Source: an uncultured Candidatus Rokubacteria bacterium (GTDB taxonomy: Bacteria; Methylomirabilota; Methylomirabilia; Rokubacteriales; DASRDR01). From it: DNA of 64,000 nucleotides. The stretch is from NCBI GenBank assembly GCA_963805625.1, contig CAWDVE010000024.1, forward strand, positions 64,001 through 128,000, read 5' to 3'. The notes under the pieces were generated by a model that was not told the DNA's origin, did no database searches, and saw nothing but the letters and a program-made list of their open reading frames with translations. A program made the translations under genes and the position numbers. Numbering within the stretch: the first letter of the stretch is position 1; each line of letters opens with the position of its first letter. This document shows, one piece after another, positions 60,277-64,000 of the stretch.

Positions 60277-61170
60277 TCAGCGGGCGGGCGCGCCGTAGTT
60301 GCAGCGAAAGATGCAACGTTGTTCATTGTCATGGTGGAGCTTGGCGCACAGGACCGCGGGCAGGCCTCGGGTCGCGAGGTAGAGCTGGGCTGCGGCGAGC
60401 ATGCCTAGGAGCGGCGCGGTGAAGTACACCCAGAGCGCGGTCCACACGTGGGCGTGGACGGCCGAGCCCACGGTGCGCGCCGGATTCAGGCTCATCCCCG
60501 AGAGCGGCGCCTCGAGGACGATGTAACTGGCGACGAGCGCCCCGGCGAAGAATCCCGTGAAGCGGTTCAGGCCGGGCCGGTTGGTGACCGTCAGGATCAC
60601 TGTCATGAGCGCGAACGTCATGAGGAACTCCGCGCCGAACGCCACGCCGACGCCGCCCGCGCCGGGTACCGTGGCCGCGTAGTTCACGGCAGGGTGCGCG
60701 AGCCGCAGGCCGAGCGCGGCCGCGGCGACGGCGACTCCGATGATCCCGCCGACGAACTGCGCCGCGACGTAGAAGACCGCATCCCAGGCCTTCACCTTGC
60801 CCAGACGCCAGAAGGTCACCGTGAGTGCGGGGTTCAGATGGGCGCCCGACCGTTGCCCCCACCGCGAGTAAACGATGGTCACGGCAGTCAGTCCCATCGC
60901 GAACCCCATCGGGATCCGCCGCAGCATGGCGTTCATCACCGTCTGCCGGACCGGCGAGCTCGGGTACTCCAGCAGCGTGGCGAACAGGCAGGCTGACACC
61001 ATGAAGAAGCCCAGCCCGACCGCCTCGATCAGATACTCGGGCCAGTGCTGGCGGAGGGCACCCAGCGCGCCGTCGTCCGATCGAGGCAGGGCGGTCTGAG
61101 TTATCGCTTCGGGGCGATTGGCCGCACGTGGTTCGGCCTCAGCCCTCAGCGCGATGACATAATCGTTCAC
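60277..61170 (-). CDS. Aquaporin/MIP family channel
   Basis: SGAHLNPA and SLNPART motifs; six TM helices; C-terminal CAKLHH...RCIFRC. Confidence 0.92.
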   Translation of the reverse strand: MNDYVIALRAEAEPRAANRPEAITQTALPRSDDGALGALRQHWPEYLIEAVGLGFFMVSACLFATLLEYPSSPVRQTVMNAMLRRIPMGFAMGLTAVTIVYSRWGQRSGAHLNPALTVTFWRLGKVKAWDAVFYVAAQFVGGIIGVAVAAAALGLRLAHPAVNYAATVPGAGGVGVAFGAEFLMTFALMTVILTVTNRPGLNRFTGFFAGALVASYIVLEAPLSGMSLNPARTVGSAVHAHVWTALWVYFTAPLLGMLAAAQLYLATRGLPAVLCAKLHHDNEQRCIFRCNYGAPAR

Positions 61171-62507
61171 CCGCGGCTCCCCACAGATGCCGCTGACCGG
61201 GGCCCGGCCTCTGCCCGTGACATCGTCGGCGCGCGCTGCGTCCGAAACTGGACCAGATCCTTCGAGAAGACGATGTCGAGCAGCCAGTCGAGCGCGACGC
61301 GAACCTTCTTCTCGAGCCGGGGCAGCTTCGACAGGTAGATCGTCCGCCACAGCCACCACGCGACAAATCCCGAGAAATTGACGCCCAGGATCTGGGCGAC
61401 CCCGGTCCGCCGGCCGATCGACGCGAGGAGCCCGATCGTCTTGAACGCGAACGTCTTCTTCTGACCGCTACCGATCGTGGCCAGGATGTTCTCGGCCACC
61501 ACCCGACCCTGGCGCAGCGCGTGCTGCGCGGTGGGAGGATACGGTCGTCCCGTGGGATCCTGGATGACGGCACAGTCCCCGAGGGCCCACACGCCGGGCC
61601 AACCGGGGACTTCCATGAAGGCGTTGGCGACCAGCCGTCCCCGCTCCTTCTGGCAGGGCAGGGCCGCCAGCAGGGGATTCGGCGCGGTCCCGGCCGTCCA
61701 CACCAGCGTGTTCGCCGGGATCGCGGTGCCGTCGCCGAGTTTCACGCCGACCTCCGACATGCCCGCGATCTTCGTGTTCACTCGGATGTCGACCTTCCGC
61801 TCGGTGAGCTTGCGCTGGGCGTAGGTGCCGAGTCGCTCGCCGAGCTCGGGCAGGATGACCGGGCCGTCGTGCACCAGCACGACGCGCAGCTGGGCTTCGG
61901 TGAGGTTGGGATAGAATCGCAGCGCCTCTCGCACGAAGTCGTTCACGGCCGCTACCGTCTCGACCCCCGCGAAGCCGCCGCCGGCGACGACGAACGTGAG
62001 GAGCGGCACCTTGACGCGGCAGCACTCGGGGTCGGCCTCCTCCAGGCACTCGATCAGGCGGTTCCGCAGCGCGATGGCGTCGCCCAGCGACTTCATGGTG
62101 AGCGCGCGCTCCTCGACGCCCGGCAGGTTGTAGAAATTCGTGATGGCCCCCAGACCGATCACCAGATGGTCGTAGTCCAGTTCGTGGCCGTGCGCGTCAC
62201 CGCCGTGCGACACGGCCACCCGGCGCGCCTCGAGGTCGATCGCCTCCACCTCGCCCTGGACAAACTTCACGCGGCGGAGGAGCGTCCGGATCGGACTGAC
62301 GATGTCCGTGATGTCGAGGTCGCTGGCGGCGACCTCGTGGAGCATCGGTGTGAACAGGAAGAAGTTCTCACGGTTGACGAGAGTGACCTCGAGCGCCGCG
62401 CCCCGGGCGAGCGCCTTCTCGAGCCGGAGGGCGGCGTAGATGCCACCGAAGCCACCCCCGAGAATCACGACCCGTGTGCGCGCCCCGCCGTTCATGCGGG
62501 TCTCCAT
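61167..62507 (-). CDS. ndh: Type II NADH dehydrogenase-like FAD oxidoreductase
   Basis: GGGFGG, FTPMLHEVA, AGGGFAGVE, WTAG, ALGDCA, PPTAQHA. Confidence 0.92.
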   Translation of the reverse strand: METRMNGGARTRVVILGGGFGGIYAALRLEKALARGAALEVTLVNRENFFLFTPMLHEVAASDLDITDIVSPIRTLLRRVKFVQGEVEAIDLEARRVAVSHGGDAHGHELDYDHLVIGLGAITNFYNLPGVEERALTMKSLGDAIALRNRLIECLEEADPECCRVKVPLLTFVVAGGGFAGVETVAAVNDFVREALRFYPNLTEAQLRVVLVHDGPVILPELGERLGTYAQRKLTERKVDIRVNTKIAGMSEVGVKLGDGTAIPANTLVWTAGTAPNPLLAALPCQKERGRLVANAFMEVPGWPGVWALGDCAVIQDPTGRPYPPTAQHALRQGRVVAENILATIGSGQKKTFAFKTIGLLASIGRRTGVAQILGVNFSGFVAWWLWRTIYLSKLPRLEKKVRVALDWLLDIVFSKDLVQFRTQRAPTMSRAEAGPRSAASVGSRG

Positions 62508-62517
62508 GGCCGTGGCC

Positions 62518-64000
62518 TTAGCCGCCGCTCTGCTGGAGCAGCTTTGCCACGAGCCCGGTCCACCCCGTCTGATGGCTCGCGCCGATACCGGCGCCGTTGT
62601 CGCCGTGGAAGTATTCGTAGAACCAGACGAGGTCTCGCCAGTGGGGATCCTCCTGGAAGGCCCGCACGCCCCCGTGGACCGGCCGCCGCCCGTCTGGGCC
62701 ACGAAGGAAGATCCGGGTCAGGCGGCGCGACAGCTCGGTCGCCACGTCCCAGAGGGTGGCGCGCGAGCCCGATCCCGTCGGGCACTCGACCTGGAGGCCC
62801 GGCCCGTAGAAGTGGTCGAACTTCTGGAGAGCCTCGATCAGGAGGTAGTTGATTGGGAACCAGATCGGGCCGCGCCAGTTCGAGTTTCCGCCGAAGAGGC
62901 CAGTGCTCGACTCGGCCGGCTCGTAGTCGACCCGATACTCGCGTCCGTCGACCGTGAGCACATACGGATGATCGCGGTGATGCTGGGAGACCGCCCGGAT
63001 CCCGTAGGGCGACAGGAACTCCCGTTCGTCGAGCATGAGCCGCAGCACGCGGGGGAGCTCTTCCTGCGTGACGATGGACAGGAGCCGACGCTCGCCGCCG
63101 CCTGGCTGGGCCATGGCCTCCATGTGCTCGCGGAACTCCGGTCGGTTCTGGATGAACCACTCCATCCGGCGCTTGAAGCCGGGGAGCTTCGCCACGACGT
63201 CTGGCTCCAGCGTCTCTACGGCGAGGAGCGGGATCAGGCCGACGAGCGAGCGCACCTTCATGTACCGGTGCCCGCCGCCGGGGAGGTGAAGGGCGTCGTA
63301 GAAGAAGCCGTCCTCATCGTCCCAGAGACTCAGCTCCGAACACGCCCGCTTGTCCATGGCGTGGGCGATCTGTACGAAGTGCTCGAAGAACTTTGAGGCC
63401 ACGCTCTCGTACGCCGCGTTCTCGCGCGCGAGCTCGAGCGCGATTGCCAGCATGTTGAGCGAGAACATGCCCATCCAGCTTGTCCCGTCGGACTGCTCGA
63501 TGTGCCCCCCCGTGGGCAGGGCCGCCGAGCGGTCGAAGACCCCGATGTTGTCGAGACCGAGGAAGCCGCCCTGGAAGACGTTCATCCCCTCGGCGTCCTT
63601 CCGGTTCACCCACCAGGTGAAGTTCAACAGGAGCTTGTGGAAGGCGCCTTCCAGAAACTGGCGGTCCGCGCGCCCCGTGCGCTTCTTGTCGATCTTGTAG
63701 ATGCGCCACGCAGCCCACGCGTGGACCGGCGGGTTCACGTCGCCGAGCGCCCACTCGTAAGCCGGGATCTGGCCGTTCGGATGCATGTACCACTCGCGCA
63801 GGAACAGGGTCAGCTGTCCCTTCGCGAACTCCGGGTCTACCAGGGCGAGGGCGATCGTGTGGAACGCCAGGTCCCACGCGGCGTACCAGGGGTACTCCCA
63901 CTTGTCAGGCATCGAGACGACGTCGTCGTTATACAGGTGGCTCCACTCGCGGTTCCGCCCGTCCTGGCGTTCCGGGGGCGGCGCGGGCTGGGCGGGGTCG
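62518..64000 (-). CDS. GH63/MGH1-like glucosidase (5' end outside the window)
   Basis: [53 protein letters not shown]. Confidence 0.95.
   Translation of the reverse strand, partial: DPAQPAPPPERQDGRNREWSHLYNDDVVSMPDKWEYPWYAAWDLAFHTIALALVDPEFAKGQLTLFLREWYMHPNGQIPAYEWALGDVNPPVHAWAAWRIYKIDKKRTGRADRQFLEGAFHKLLLNFTWWVNRKDAEGMNVFQGGFLGLDNIGVFDRSAALPTGGHIEQSDGTSWMGMFSLNMLAIALELARENAAYESVASKFFEHFVQIAHAMDKRACSELSLWDDEDGFFYDALHLPGGGHRYMKVRSLVGLIPLLAVETLEPDVVAKLPGFKRRMEWFIQNRPEFREHMEAMAQPGGGERRLLSIVTQEELPRVLRLMLDEREFLSPYGIRAVSQHHRDHPYVLTVDGREYRVDYEPAESSTGLFGGNSNWRGPIWFPINYLLIEALQKFDHFYGPGLQVECPTGSGSRATLWDVATELSRRLTRIFLRGPDGRRPVHGGVRAFQEDPHWRDLVWFYEYFHGDNGAGIGASHQTGWTGLVAKLLQQSGG

Overview
High-GC bacterial chromosomal window. 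Several small ORFs resemble families I associate with Ca. Rokubacteria/Methylomirabilota; this is an inference, not verified. In order: a ~2,940-aa cyclic beta-1,2-glucan synthase; two receiver-domain genes; groES-groEL with no CIRCE but a palindromic operator repeated in front of a divergent degenerate GntR-like ORF; a redox/stress cluster (non-heme haloperoxidase-type hydrolase, DedA-rhodanese with an in-frame TGA and SECIS-like hairpin, pirin, Dps); a nitrilase; an aldehyde:ferredoxin oxidoreductase; an OmpA/ExeA-ATPase/126-bp-repeat/ankyrin locus; a decayed mobile region (tRNA-Met and tRNA-Phe fragments, tyrosine-integrase, integron-integrase, IS3 and IS256 remnants); an HprK-like kinase-nucleotidyltransferase-PqqD/RRE-GT2-GT2-GT4-radical SAM operon; an SGNH hydrolase; a decaheme OmcA/MtrC-type cytochrome with an inserted FG-GAP propeller; a 2OG oxygenase; a sulfatase; a CapK/PaaK-like ligase; a sigma54 activator module; and a partly decayed GH63-NDH2-aquaporin-DoxX-lipase-MFS-GMC-VOC-debranching-enzyme operon. 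The best novelty candidates are the propeller-bearing decaheme cytochrome, the probable DedA-rhodanese selenoprotein, the RRE-containing glyco/phospho-modification operon and the GntR-type operator at groESL. All family calls come from motif recognition by eye; no database searches were run.
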